Part shown: piece after piece, positions 11,863 through 25,709 of the stretch
Numbering within the stretch: position 1 is the stretch's first letter
Layout of the letters: each line of letters starts with the position of its first letter
Source: Podarcis vaucheri
Lineage: Eukaryota
DNA length: 64,000 nt
Reading direction: 5' to 3' (one strand)
Assembly: GCA_965113315.1 (NCBI GenBank)
Contig: OZ220367.1
Made by a program: the position numbers and the translations under genes
The notes under the pieces: generated by a model
Databases searched by the model: none
The model's input: the letters and a program-made list of their open reading frames with translations, nothing else
Told to the model about the DNA's origin: nothing

Positions 11863-13417
11863 GTAAGAGCCCTCTCATCCTCTTTCCATCTTGCTGCAGT
11901 CACTCCTTCCTTCTTCCCAAAAGAACATTTCTTCACTTCATTTTGCTATATTATTTTTAGGCCAAGGAAGCCTTTGCATTCTGCTGCAGTTTCTTTTGAA
12001 GTGTTTAGGAAAGAGAATTTAAAGCCAAAAAGTAATGGCAGTCTCTAATACTCTCTTCTGTGTAAACAGCAATTTTCTCTCCCAGAATCCCAGAACATTT
12101 TACCAACTCTGCATCCTCTAATTCCCTCTCTTACCACTGCAATGCAGCTACCTCTTGTAGTTACTGTTTTTGAACAGCACAATGCAGCCTAGAAGACAAG
12201 GTTACAATACTTGAACCCTTGAAAAACTCAAAAGGAAAATCAAAACTGCAGAAATGGGAACCTTGCAAAATGATCTTCGCCTAGGGCGCTGTTGTGAAGA
12301 GGCCTGGTTTTTGAGCAGAGAGGCATAGTATTCCTCTTCCCTTAATATGAAACTGTAACACACTTTTGATTTAAGAGTTTTTTTCTTAAGATATCCACAA
12401 CATGAATTCCTAGAAATGACAGCACTCCTCCTGGCCCCTTTGCACACTGGGTATGTTTCACCCTTCCTAAAATCTTGCCATCATAACTGCGTACATCCTC
12501 TAGGATGAGCTAGTGGGGGCAGGAAATAGAGGAACTATTTGAAACAACTGAGTGAAATCCATGCCTATGGATGGAACTCTGCATGGCTTCTGTATCTCGT
12601 CTTGAAATACTTTCAAAGGCTGTAGCTTTGTTTATATAATCTACAACTAGTTAAGAAAAGGACAGGAAGTTTAGATGTGTGGCCATTTCTCCCCCCTCAC
12701 ATTTTTCAAGATGCATTTCTTTCCTAAGAACCCTTCAGTTCTTTGCTCCTGTAGGTGTCACAATTGGGCTGGGTATGAACTTTTTTTTTTAAAAAAATAT
12801 TCTTAAGGCATATGAGCTTGAAACACTTTTAGAACATGTTGAACATGTAGGAAGTCCCTGTCAGCTTGTTTTCTGAGAAATGGATTCGCTTTCCCAGCAC
12901 ACTAATGATTTAGGATAGACACTCAAAGGATCTAGTCCATTGTTCTGGTTCTTGTACTATTGCCTGTGGCCTCTGAATATTTGCTCCAGATAATGGCTTT
13001 TTAGGATTTGTCCATGTGCGAATGTATTGAAGAGCCCTGTATAGCTTCTCAGTTAGTGCTCCAGCTATTAAGAAAGCACAGACAGTACAGACCCTTTTCA
13101 GAATAGACAAAGAATGATCTACATTTGCTGGTTGTGGGTGTGACATTTTTGGAAATAACCTTACCCAGTTTCATGCACCTCTGGCCGTCCTTCTTGCTGC
13201 TACCTGCCCTATAATTAGACATAACTGACAGATATAGGAAAGCTAGAATGAGTAGTTAGGGCCTAGAGCAAGCAGGTTAGTAGGTGAACCTGTAGTTGTA
13301 GAATATTCTTAGTTTTCGAAATGAAATAGCAGCTTGGCACAACCCATGTTTGGGGGGATAAAAGAGCACATTTGTCCTCAGCAGAGGTTTTGTATAATCA
13401 GATAAAGAATTCCCCAA

Positions 13418-13896
13418 TGTCAGGGACAACCAGGAGTTCCAAGGGGTGGGCAGAGAAGGCACGGGGGTAGGAGGATGGGGCAGGGAAAGAAGCCAGTGAT
13501 TTGGGGGGTTCTGTGCCACCTGTGAGGCAGGAGCTGGGGTTGGAGGAAGAGGAAGAGTCCGGGCGGGCAGGCAGCTGCGGGGGGCTCCTCTGTCCCTCCC
13601 CCGCTGTCTCCAAGGACAAGGAGGGGCTTAAAGCGACAGGAGCAGCTGGAGCTGCTGTGCAGGTGAAGTCGCCTGTTGCTTGTGTGAGGGGGCTTAAGTG
13701 AGCTGGAAGGGGCATGGTTGCTTCAACTGTCTGGGCCAGAGTATAATGCTGAAGAAGTAGGTGCCTAGCTAGCTAATTAGTAGGAGTGCTGTGTATATCC
13801 CTTGCACCTTAGGAGCTGATGTAGTTGAGTGTTTTGCCAACAAAGAACTAAACTACCAATTGCTTATTCTCATTGGGGCTGGGTGTGCTCTGGACA
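13418..13896 (+). mobile_element. Solo LTR (479 bp), probably Gypsy-type
   Basis: Begins TGTCAGGGA and ends ...TGGACA. Perfect 5-bp TSD CCCAA (13413-13417, 13897-13901). Purine-rich 5' half. Strand inferred from composition. Confidence 0.72.
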
Positions 13897-14266
13897 CCCA
13901 ACCACATTTACTCCCCGTTCGATTCTGTACCTAACAGTGACTACTCGTACCCAGCCCTTTTACTGTGTTTTCATTTTTGTCTAGCAAGGAAGTGGGAGAT
14001 GTATGAAAGTGTAAAAAATGTGACCTCTAAATGAGTGCTTTTGACTCCTCATTAGAAGCATAAAGGTATTTGGCTCTAAATGGAAAGCATGTTTTAGATA
14101 ACGATAACAAAAGAGAATGTAGTAAGATTCAGACTATAAGCCTTTGCCCATTTACTTGGGAATAAGCTCCAGAGAACATAATGGGATTTACTCCTGAGTA
14201 GACATGTAGAGGATTATATTATGTTTCCTAATGTAAAAACCACCAGGAAATTGTGATAGCAAGGAT

Positions 14267-14306
14267 GGATGTAAAGGTGAGCATGTGGATATAAAGGTGA
14301 GCATGT
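14267..14306. repeat. 20-bp tandem duplication
   Basis: ggat(g/a)taaaggtgagcatgt twice. Confidence 0.85.
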
Positions 14307-17300
14307 GACTGAACTAAGGAAGATCCAGGTTGGACTTTTCTTGATTCTGAACATGATGAAATGTAAATGTTCAGCTATAAATTAAATACAATGTACATCC
14401 TTATAGAAAGATCTTTAAACCTTTTAGCAGTCAGCAATCCAGCTGTGCTCTCTGAATCTTGACAGAGGTCAACCAGTGTTTTGTATGCCTTCTTTGGAAA
14501 TATGGCACTCATGTTTCCAAAGCACCTTTCCTTCTATTACTACTACCTTACAGAAAATCAGCTGCCAAAAACCCTACGGTCATACTTCTACAGGAACAAG
14601 GTGTGTTTACCAAGAATTGATTAGCTCCACTTTAAGTACTAATCTTGCCAAGGTGAAGGTGAATTAAATTGAGCAAGAAAAAGCAGCTCATCCCCTTGTC
14701 TGATCCAGCAGGGCTGCTCTTAGATACCCTGACCGTAGCCTGTTTAAGGCTTTAAAAGGAAAACAAAACATAACCCAGTATTTTGCATTTAACTTGGAAG
14801 CAAACTACTCACTTCTCTGGTAAAAACAAACAAACAAAACCTTGGAAGCAAACTGAAATCCAGTCTAGATGTTTTAACTCTGAAATAATAAAATCCCTGG
14901 CAGTCAGTATCTGTTAATAGGCACACACTCTGCCTCAGTGAACATTGTTGAAAGACAGTCACACGTCCAATGGATTACAGCAGTGGTGAGATACCTCTGG
15001 AGGCAATTTCCCCCAATCCATGTCCACTTACCCCACACTTGACGTCACATGTCAGGTGTGAGGCAGGTAAAAAGACGCAGCTGCATTGGGAGGGGGCTTT
15101 TATTTGGTGCCTTTTAAAATGGGTGTCAAATCCGCTTCTGGGATTGGTTCTACACAGGATCTCATGAGTGCAGCCAGTCCCTGCTGGAAGTGGGGCTTGC
15201 AGCTGCCACTGATGAGCTGACTCGCAGTGACTACAGACCCCATTTTGTTTGACTTCATGGTTTGATTTCAACAGTTGGCCCCACTTTGCTTACATGTGAG
15301 GTGATTGTACCCCAAAATAAGGCTTCTGTCATGTTTGGTTTTAGCTTCCACACCAAGCTGCCATTGCTAGTACCTGATGCATATACTATTCATTTTTCAT
15401 ACAGAGAGCATCCATTAGTCACAAAGTGAGCCTTCTGCCCTCAGTACAGCTCATAGTTCTTCCTCAATGTCTTTTTTACTCTCTTGCAGTTGCATACATT
15501 TTTTCTCCACCTTTTTAAGCTCAGAACTTGCTGAGCTCCCTAACATCAACTTGGAACACACAATTCCAGATTGTTTAGGAATCTATATGCTCCCCCAAAT
15601 AGTATTATGGGGAGGAGTGCAACTTAATATTATTTAGATTTTATAATAATCTTATAGCAAATTAAGGTTTTTTGGCCACAAAATTTGAGGCTTTTTAGCA
15701 TTACATATTAAAGTCCATGAAGAAAACTTTTCTACAAGTTTTTTATACCTGCTAATCAGTTACACAAAGCTGAAACTTCAGGATTCCTTGTGTCAGCCTA
15801 GCTTAATTCCCTAACACCTTCCACTGTCTCCGGTATTGTTCAATGAGAAAATCACTTTGAGCCACAAAGATGCTAAGCAAGCAAGAAGTCTCATTTGTTA
15901 GCACTAAGCTTCTGTTTGTATGTTAGTTACTGTGGCAGTGTCTCTGATGTGTAACACTCATACTAATGCTGTACATGATCAAAGGCTTCCAGCAACAGTT
16001 TCACCTCCTCTAGAATAATGGCTGCCAAAAGCATCAGCACCTCTTTCTGAAGATATTGCTAAGGCAAACCTCTTCCTGGGGGCAGAGTGAATGCTTCAGG
16101 TGAGCATTAAAACAGCCATGCTGGGTCAAACAAATAGCCTATCCAGTGTTGTGTAATGGGCTTTCTGTCATAGAAACCACATACAAAAATGTTAATAGCA
16201 TTGGAGCTATTAAAACAGCATTTTCCATTTCTTCCTGTTTTCTTCCAGCATCTGTCAGTCCATGGTGTTAGGAATAGTCAAAGCATTAAAAAGCTAAGAC
16301 AGAACTTGCATTAAGACAGTCCCTTTTCCGAAATAATAGAATGGCTGCTTCATTCTTTATGTAGCAGCACACATGCATTTGCCAGTGCTTTTGCTTTATT
16401 AAAGGACCACCGCTCTCTTGGCTCCATTGTGTCTTTATCTGCTTAACAGGCATTTGCAAATGCATAGTTGTTGCTTGCCCTCTCTGAATTTATATTTTAA
16501 CATCTAACAATATAACGTGAAAGGTAAGAAAAATAGCGAACATCATTATTTTGAAACTGGCACAAATGTTCATTTTGCTGTAAATACACATGTTGGAGAA
16601 ACTGGTGTGCTGAGCCTGACCTCACCTTCATCTAGGCGAAAACTCATTTGAAAAGCAGTCCTGTAATTTACAGTCCCTTTAACATTTTTAGCCATCTTTT
16701 GTAACATGATTTTGCTGTTGGATGTTACTATGCTGCTGGTGAGAAAAGTTCTACAGCTCAGGGCCAGACTAGATACAACAGTAGGCAGTATTTTAATAGT
16801 CACAGCCATGCCTCCCCCCATTGAAACTACAGGGTAAGAGGAAAGGGATAATGCCTCTCCCTGGGGCTGTCATTTGTCTTGGGCAGAAATTAATACCTTT
16901 ATAATATCTGCATGTTTTGACCCACAGAAAGAATGGTGTGGAGAGAGTGGTTAAAACACACTCCAGTTCTGCGATTCTGGTTGGATCTCCCCTGCCACCC
17001 CCTCCCAGCTATTATTAAAGTATTAAAAATAGCAACACTATCTGCCTTCAGATGTAAGAAATGTGGGTAAGGAAACAGGGGCTGTTAGGGATGAGTATTC
17101 TAGCTCTGGCCTTCATCAGTTTTTGTCGTGTTCCACTTTGTAAAAGGTGACTGTGTCTGGTGGGGGAGCCTTTAATATCTATGGAGGCTTCCAGCACATT
17201 TTGGAACCATACTTTCCCCTATAAGGAGCCTCCACAAATACAAAAATTCCCCTCCCTGACACAGCCACTTCCTACAATTTAGACAATGATAAAAATCTAA

Positions 17301-17481
17301 TAACCAAAGAAGGCTGCTGCCATGCCCGATTATGCCTACAGGTATGAGCAGTGTAAAAAATGTCTCCTCTTGATGTTGCTGTGTGTTACCTGTTTCCAAA
17401 TAAAATTTAACTTCCTATTTGTTGCGGAGCATAGGCATCTCAACAGGTGTAAGCCATAATGGGTGTATGAAACAGCCATGC

Positions 17482-17710
17482 CATAGGCATAGGCAGGATT
17501 TATGTTGGGGGGGGGAGGCAGGACACCCACCTGTCATCATCCTCTGTCTGACAGATTTGGAATGAAATGTCTCAACAACAGTTTTAAATCACTTTCTTTT
17601 GCTCAGAAAAATCTGTCAAAAATCTTTTTACAGTTTCTACTTTTAGTTAAGTATTTTTATTTATTTACTTGATGGGGGGAGGCAGCTTCCCCCTCCCGGC
17701 TATGCCCATG
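17482..17710. mobile_element. Probable MITE with G-rich imperfect TIRs (Harbinger-like)
   Basis: cataggcataggcagg ... ccggctatgcccatg inverted ends. Family assignment is uncertain. Confidence 0.45.
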
Positions 17711-20700
17711 AGCCATGTTAAGAGGCAGTATGCCAGTGAATACAACAATATTCTTGGGAGCAACAGTGTTGGAGGGCTCTTGCCTTTATGTTGTGTTTGC
17801 CATCTTCCCAGGAGCTGGCCACTGTGAGAAATGGGTACTGCCTTTTAGGTAGTGGTAACAACTAATTCTGCGCTTGGTGTTGTCTAAGTGTAGCTGCATA
17901 TGTGATCATTGGGAAGAAATACACAAGAAATTGCAGCAGCCACTGCTCATACCGCATTCAAAATTTGCTTTCAAAAGTGCCTGGCATTTGGCTTGTCAAG
18001 CAAGTATGCAGGGCAGCACTTGAACCAGGCCTGGCATGGGAAGTGAGAAGCTCCACTGTGCACATTGAAGTCACTATTAAGGTTTCAGTCTGCCATTTTG
18101 TTGATCACCCTTGCTAATCAAGTTCTTCTCAAGCTTTGGCTATATAACAGTAATAATAGCAACAGCTGTAACAAATATTTTATTTATTTAACCCTTTGTC
18201 ATGTAGGGTCCCAAGGTGGCATGCAACAGCATAGGGAAACAAGTCACAAATGTGGCAAAACAGGTGAAAACCATAGCATCAGGTGAAAAAAGCAAACATA
18301 AGTTGCAACTGTACTTAACCAACCAGACTCAAAACCATCCTTGGAATGTCCTATTATTCAGCCATTTTTGCCTCCTGTTAGCTACTTTTCTTTAATATTT
18401 AACAGAAGGCTAATCCCTAACAGGCCTTGACTTGGGTTCTTATTTTTAGAGCAGGGAGCTTGATGTACCTTTTTGAAAGGTCCATGTCTTTGATGTGCAT
18501 TGAATCACTCTTAGGTTTCCTGCCCAAAAAATTCTGTTACGTTGATAAAGAAGGATTTCTCTTCATAAAAATCCTTATCCAAGCATTTCATAAGAAAATA
18601 AGGGTCTCTGACATGCAGTTTTTGAGATTACCTCTGAAGAGTAATTTCTTGTTTCAATAAAATAATGACAATTTTTTTCTTTAAAGTTCCCCAAGTCTCA
18701 GTGGCATGTTGGGAATACCAATATATGCTAAAGGTTTGTGGAACAATATAGGTTGAGTCTTTTGTGTCATTTCCTCAAGTCTCCTTTGAGTAGTGTAGCT
18801 TTACAGGGGAAGTGTGATGATTGTGACAAGCACATTCCAACACAATTACCAACACCCACCACAAACTGCTTTACTTTTTGCTTGAACAAACTAAGAGAGC
18901 TGACTAAAATATTGTACAATTGCTCTGTTCTAGTAAGGCTATCCAGAGGCAAGCATTTAGCAGTTTTATCACTTTCTCAAGATTTGTGTAGATACATAGC
19001 ACTGTGCAAATCATCCCCTAGGTTTGTTGAAGCAAAACAAGGCAATAGTGCCTTACCCTCTGGTAGGTGTTGAGAGGCACTATTAAGCCATGTTTAGCCT
19101 CTCCAGGGACCAGCATAGGGTTGATTCTACAGTCTAAGCTTGAATGACTCTGCCGCACCATCCCATTTTTAGCAAGAGAAGAAACAGTCAGCTCTCTCAA
19201 GTTTGCAAGCTCTTGCCCCATTAAATTCCTGGCTGCTATTCATATAAGAAGGTCCATTAGCAGTATGAAGATGCAGGCCTCCCTCCCTCCCTTCCACTGT
19301 TGGAGGGAAGGAGGCACTGTTCTTGGCAATGTCTGTCCAGAATTGGGTAGGTACATTGCAGAGAATTGGAAACAAAGGGTCCCATGGCATCAGTGTTCTA
19401 TTACCATAAGTGTTCATGGGCTGGAGTCCACTTCATCAGATACATGTAGTATTATACACAGTTGGCAGTATGGGTATAGAGAAGTGGGAAAGAGAGAGAG
19501 AGAGAGAGAGAGAAAAGGGGGCCAAATGGCTGTGAACAGCAACAAGTACATAAAATTGTCACAACTATAAACCTGAAGAGAAGGGGAAAAACATTCACAA
19601 AAGCAGCAATTGGTGATAATATAATTATCCTAAGTTTTGCAATTGTTAGTTAACATTTGTACTGAACAGGAAACTATTGTCTGTATTCAAGCCTGAACAG
19701 ACTTGGACTTCTTGGTTCTATTTCAACAATTTCATGCTGGAGTCTCCTTATAAAATAATTTCAGAGAATGCAATTTTTCAGGTTAGTAACAGGGCTCTGG
19801 GATGTTGAAATGTACTCTTACTGGTTTCTGAATGCTGCCATTTCTAGTGTCTGATTTGCAAACGTTTTGTCTTTTGCATAGAGACTGACCTTTATGTAGA
19901 AGGACATTGCTAGCAGGTGACAATATGAGCAGGTGCACGAGTCCTTAACATTAGGTCTTACAATAGTGCATCAACTTTGTCTTAATAAACACTCAGGCAT
20001 CTAGGGTTGCAGTAGGGTCTGTGTCCATGTACAGCTACTTAAAAAGATCTCAGCAAATATCAGACCCTGGGCAGGAGAGGCACTCCTTCTGGTAGTCAGA
20101 GCTCCAACTATTCCAGGCTTTCTATGTTAACCAGAACCTTGAATTTGAGAGTAGCTATCTTTAAGCAAGGATAAGTCAACTCAAGGCCTGTGAGAAAACA
20201 GTATCATTGTTCAGGATGGCCTGTAGATCCTTGACATTATGCAGACATGGTTTACTTGTGAGCTGTACATGACAGGTAGTGTTCTGTCAAATTTTCCCCT
20301 TTACGGGACTCTCCTGTAGTAGATTATTTCTAGATACAAGTATAACCTTGATGATCCTGCTTTTTCACTTCATTGGGTTGGTGTTAATTGTTTAAGAAAT
20401 TCCTGATGTAAATCCTAAAGGTGTGAGTCCCTGTCCAACAGGTTGGAACAGATGCAGTTCTCTTAATAAGACTTGGCTATGGACAGTGGATCTTGTAGTG
20501 TCTTTGTGGTGGAAGTTAGATTACAAATGTGCAGTGGGTTTCTGGTATAAGGTGATGCTTGTCTTTTTATTGCATAGAAGCACACTGGTGTCCAGAAAGT
20601 GAACTGGCTTCTTGAAGTAGTCCAGGCCCAGGTCCATGTTCAGACCATCAACCTAATTTAATAAACCTTAGTTTGTGTGATTCCATTTGGTGGCTTAAAC

Positions 20701-23700
20701 AATCGATCTGAAGGACAAAAAATACTTCCTCAGGTTTTAGATGGTGTGAATATGTCACAGCAAGAATGGTCTAAGGTGGCAACTTTTATAAGTGAAATAA
20801 TTAGCAGGATTCCAACAACAAACTGCTTGTTCCCACAAAACGCTTTTCCTCCATATCACCATTGTAGGCCGAGGAAGTAGTGTACAGAGGGACAGGTCAG
20901 TGGATTCCAGCATAGTTGAAGAAGTCAGACAATGTGTGATGAAAATATAACCTTTGGGGTACCTGGATCAAGGGAGAAGGATGGCAAAACCTAGCTTTGT
21001 TTCTCCTCTCCCCTTTGCTTGGCTTGGGGTGGGAGAAATAAAGCTATATTTTGCAAGCGAAAGCAGAGAAGCCTCGCTGCTGTTTCGAAGAGCAAGCAGG
21101 ATTGCTCACCCTTCACATTAGCCAGTGCTTAGGGAGGGGGATTCTTTTAATGCTAATTTCAGGCATGTGAGAGAGCGCCCTGCAGGGTGCACTCTTACAT
21201 TCCTGCACCAAACTGATGTCCTGCACCAAACAGGTTCGCTTGCCCTTTCATCAGCCAGTGGTGGTGGGAATCCTACTCAGCAAAAATGCACATGCACCGA
21301 AAGCCCAGTTCTTAGGAGGATCGTTCTTCCTTCACGCCAGCTGCTAGGTACTGAGTTCCAAAAGCGCTGTTTGAAATATCCATCCCCATTCTCCTTTAAA
21401 CAGTGCTTTTATGCACCCCTTTGCTGAAACAGGAGCATGGGGCTCTCTTAAAGTGCTTCTCAAAAGCACTGTTTGAAGCCACTTGCACACTTCTCTTGTG
21501 AGCAGGTGGTAGTGGCAGGGGGGAGAGTGTGAGAGACCTTTCTTCCCCACATTGCCTGCGTACTTGTAGGAGAAGAACATGCACTGCCTCAAACAGCACT
21601 TCTGAGCAGAATATAATTCCCACCCATGGGCAAATGGGCAGAGATTACATCCTGCTGGGAACAGGATACACAGCCAAGCCAGACTTAAACCCCATCCTCC
21701 CACTGATCTGACATTGGCAGGTAGCCGTGGTTTGAGAGAAATGGCCTCATGGGCCACATTGGTTCCCCACCCCTGCTGTATGAGATCAACTATTAGAATG
21801 AGAATGTTTCTAGGATACATCTGGGGTTGGGTAACAACCAGTTACAAACCCTTTTTACAGAGAACATCTATTGTTGGCCAGCCAAGTTTTTCCTGTTAAC
21901 ATTAGTTCACAAAACGTAATTTTAAGGAATTTGTTATTGTTTCTTGGCATCAACAACCAGACCTATAGAGTTACCTTTGCTTTCTCAAAACCTCCAGTTT
22001 CCTTTAGCCTTGCTGTAGAGACTCCCTCCAATGGATGAGAGAGAGGTTTTGCTGGGCATGCCACTCATACTTCTGCTTCTTTTTTTTACATTTGTAGAAA
22101 ATGTTTCAGCTTTCCTATTTTGTCATTGCATAGTATATGCCAAGCCTTCATTGTAAACAAGAAATGTGAGTTCAGTTGTGTTTTTTTAAGTGCTCTTGGT
22201 CAATGCAAGTGAGATTCAAATTCCTAACTGCTGATCCTGCAAGATGGGGGAAATAGCCTCAAAATACAAACATGTCTTCTCCATAAATGTAAAGCATCAT
22301 TTCTGTGTTTGCACAGTATTCTCATTGTTCCATCTTGCCTAGTGTAATTCAGTGCTGCAAGATGTAGTGAGGGCCACAGGCTTAGATGACTTTAAAATGA
22401 GACTTATAGAGGATGGGTGTATCACTGCATAATATGATAGCTAAACAGAGCCTCCCAGTCTCAAAGATTGCCTTTCTCTGAACATCCCGAGCTGAGGGCT
22501 GTTTTCATCCCCTGCTGTGGTCTTTCACAAAGCATATTTCTAGTTATTGCTGTCCAGATATGTCCACTGTTTGCCTGAGCCTAGAAAACCTAGCATTGGT
22601 TGCTAAAGGCGGAGCACACTTGTAAGGTAGAGGGGGGTGTTGTATGTTTTACAAACAGTCTCCATACAAAGGCAGAACCATGTCCTAGCTTGAGTAACCA
22701 GTTACAGCAGGCTAGTGAGGCAGGAACTGTTTGCACAATGCCACCAGGTCTATTGAAGTGTTGTGGCATTTCAAAAGCCCCATAGTGTGTACCATTTGAT
22801 AGTCTGGGGCCTGTTTGCTGCTCTAGGGACTGTTTACCATGTTAGTTGTAGCTGAAAGTTTCCCTGGGAGGAAAAGATCCTCTTGGATGAGAGTTTTAAA
22901 TGTGTGTAGAACAACAGAGATACTTATCTCAGATTTTCCTATCATTTTCTTACAGGGAATTTCCCCCCAATAGGGGAATAAATGGCTACTGTCTGCTACC
23001 AGTCTCTTCATAGTGTCCTGTTGTTAGGAGCTCTTAAATATTCTCAAAAGGTGGTGCTCAGTTCAAGTTGAACATTTTTCAAAGAACAGGGCCTATTTGT
23101 TCAATTTCAACTTCTAAGCTTCTAAATCCCAGAAGAAATTAAATGAGGTGCCTAGAGCTATGACAGCCTGTGATGTTGATTTGCTGCAGATGTCACCTTT
23201 AATATCATGCACATCAAATGCATGCAATTTCTAGTGCAATGTGGTGCCGCCACTGCAGGAACAGTGCTGAATGTAAGGAATGCTGTGAAAAAGATATTGT
23301 TGATAATAGCTAACTGTACAGTCTCCTTAAAAGCCATGCTGTAGGAACTCTTGAGGGTGAAAACATGGGTAGGAGATAAGGGGTTTTGCTGCTATGCCTA
23401 AATGCCCTTGTGTATCTGGTTTATCTGACCCTTGCAGAAGAAACATGATTTTTGCTAGGGCAGGTATATCTTTTGTCTATTAGCACTGGATTACGTCTTG
23501 GTATTTCAGGCATGGTTTAACAAAGAAGTTCTTTGAAGGTTAGATTATTTGACCCATTTGGTAGGAAATGTGTTTGCAGGCTAATAGTAGCTTGCTCCTC
23601 TTCCTCCTATCAGTTCATTGAAGCCTAAGGCTAGCTCATGGTGTTTCAGACAAAAAGCACCTCCTTTCTCCTATTGCCTGTCTTTTCAGATAATGTAATC

Positions 23701-23971
23701 TCTCTTCACAATTCTTAGCTTTTCTTCTCTGAATCAAAGCTTTCAGTTTTTGACACAGGGAGAGAATTGATGATACAACTAGATTCCCTAATAATTGCAG
23801 CATTTTGTAGGTACTAGGGGAGGAAACAAACCAACCTCCAAGGGCTTTGTGAATTTCTGTATGAACAACAGTACAGTTTCTTCTCTGTGCACTAAGAAAG
23901 AGTCTGTTGCTTGGCAATTAGGTGAAGCTTGGAGCGTAAAAGAATAAAACTACTGTCTCTCCCTTTTGCAG

Positions 23972-24040
23972 ATCCTGCTGACTGAAGAGTTTGTGGAAAG
24001 AATGCTGGAAGACCTAGAAGATCTGAATTCTTCAGAGGAA
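23972..24040 (+). CDS. SUFU: SUFU coding exon (equivalent of human exon 11, 69 nt)
   Basis: ctcccttttgcAG| and GAA|GTAAGT. Encodes ILLTEEFVERMLEDLEDLNSSEE. Confidence 0.96.
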
Positions 24041-25237
24041 GTAAGTTTCTTAACTCTAATATCCAAAGGGACTCTTTCTGTATTCAGGGGGTTGATTTGC
24101 TTGGTTGATGGTTTGATGGCCTGGTTTCTTGGCTATAAATCCAGGGCTCATGTTTTCTTTGCTGTTATCACCCAGTCCTTGAAAGTCCTTCATGTGGCCA
24201 CCCCAAGATTATGTGGTCGGAGCACTGGGGATGGTAAAGATTGAATGTTCTATTTTAGGACTTCTATGCTAGCCACTCCCCTGGCAGTTGTTGATGTCTT
24301 GGCAAAATTCCGATGGAGTTCCTATCCCTTATAGTCTACTGAATGTAGACATAGACTTTGACTGTCTGTAATGACACCTTCAGTAGCTTTTTACTGCTTA
24401 CTTGACAGTCTTGCATTGTGGTAAGAGCATTTATATGACTCCTCTGTGGGGCTGCTAATGGTTTTTCATGTGCATATCATAAGGTAATCCTCCCTAACAT
24501 TCATTCATTGCCATGAAAAGCAAATAATCCTAATTCTCACAGTTCTGTTGACTCCAGTCAAGGTTTGTCTGCTTGTAGAACAGCCTTTCCTACTTCTACT
24601 GCCCAAACTGCCCTGTTGTTTAATTCTTACTGCTGAAGTTTTGTAGTCTCAGAATTAGAAGGCTGTGTTGTAATGAAAGTTACAGTAGTTGTTTATTTTT
24701 AAATTGACAGGATAAGGGGAGGGTGGCAGAAATTTACAGTCAAAGGAGATAACACAACCAACTTGGAACATGCACACCTGGTTTTCTGTAATGGAGTCTG
24801 TCTTGGGGCCTCTCTTGGCCAAAACTGAAACTTCCTTTTAAGGTGCAGGCTACTATAGAAAAGTTATTTTTAGGCATGCTTCATATTTATTTTTAGGGGT
24901 GCTTCATAACAGTCTTCAGGATTGGCAGTGGAGAACCCTCTCCATTCCCCAAAGTCTTAGGTCAGTGAGAAGTTTGGTTCATCATATGAGGAGTTGGTGA
25001 CTGCCTCTTGGTCAGGGCCAGAAAGACAGCTGGCTCAGGGACTGCGGAGTTACCTAGAATCTTAAAACCATGCAGGAAGGCTTGGCACACTTCTTACATG
25101 GATTAAAAATGGATTTGAGAGCTATTTTGAGGAACAGTCAACATCAAAAATGGGGGGGGGGTGTTTTTTTACAGCAACAAAAACAAAAAGAATGAAGTTA
25201 AAAGACTGTTTCATCTTGCATCTAATACTTAACCCAG

Positions 25238-25709
25238 TGTCAGGGAACTGACATCAGAGGCAAGAGGAGAGGTAAGGCTCCCCAATGATGCAGGGGAGGG
25301 AACCAGCAAGGAGAGAGAGAGAGCTTCCGCTGGGGAAGGAAATCCAGGGGACACCAGGAAGAAAGGGGAGGCTGAGAGTACTGCGGAGGGAAGGCTCCGA
25401 GACTCTTCCAGTGAGATCAGCAGAGAGAGCACAGGACCTCCACTTGGCACGCCTACGCTGCGCAGAAAGCTTCCGCGTAGAGAATCTAGGCGGAGACTTG
25501 GAGTCAAGGAACTTTTATGCTGGAAGAAGTTTAGGAAACACCCACTGACGGATTCTGCCAGTGACTGAGACAGTCGCGTTGTAAGGGCTGTCAAACCAGG
25601 GAAAGGTTTAGCTATACAACCAGCTTGGAGCAGTTTGCAGTTTACGCACAAGCAATCCCAATTCCCATTACACCCAGTAATGTGAATGAAGTTGTCTTTC
25701 ATTATTACA
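25238..25709 (+). mobile_element. Solo LTR (472 bp), similar in style to 13418-13896
   Basis: Begins TGTCAGGGA and ends ...ATTACA. Flanks CCCAG / CCAAG form a 5-bp TSD with one mismatch. CpG-richer than its surroundings. Confidence 0.7.

Noticed and set aside
25229-25702. 157-aa Ser/Leu-rich ORF (and 13398-13715)
   Set aside because: These coincide with purine-biased solo LTRs and show no recognisable protein similarity.
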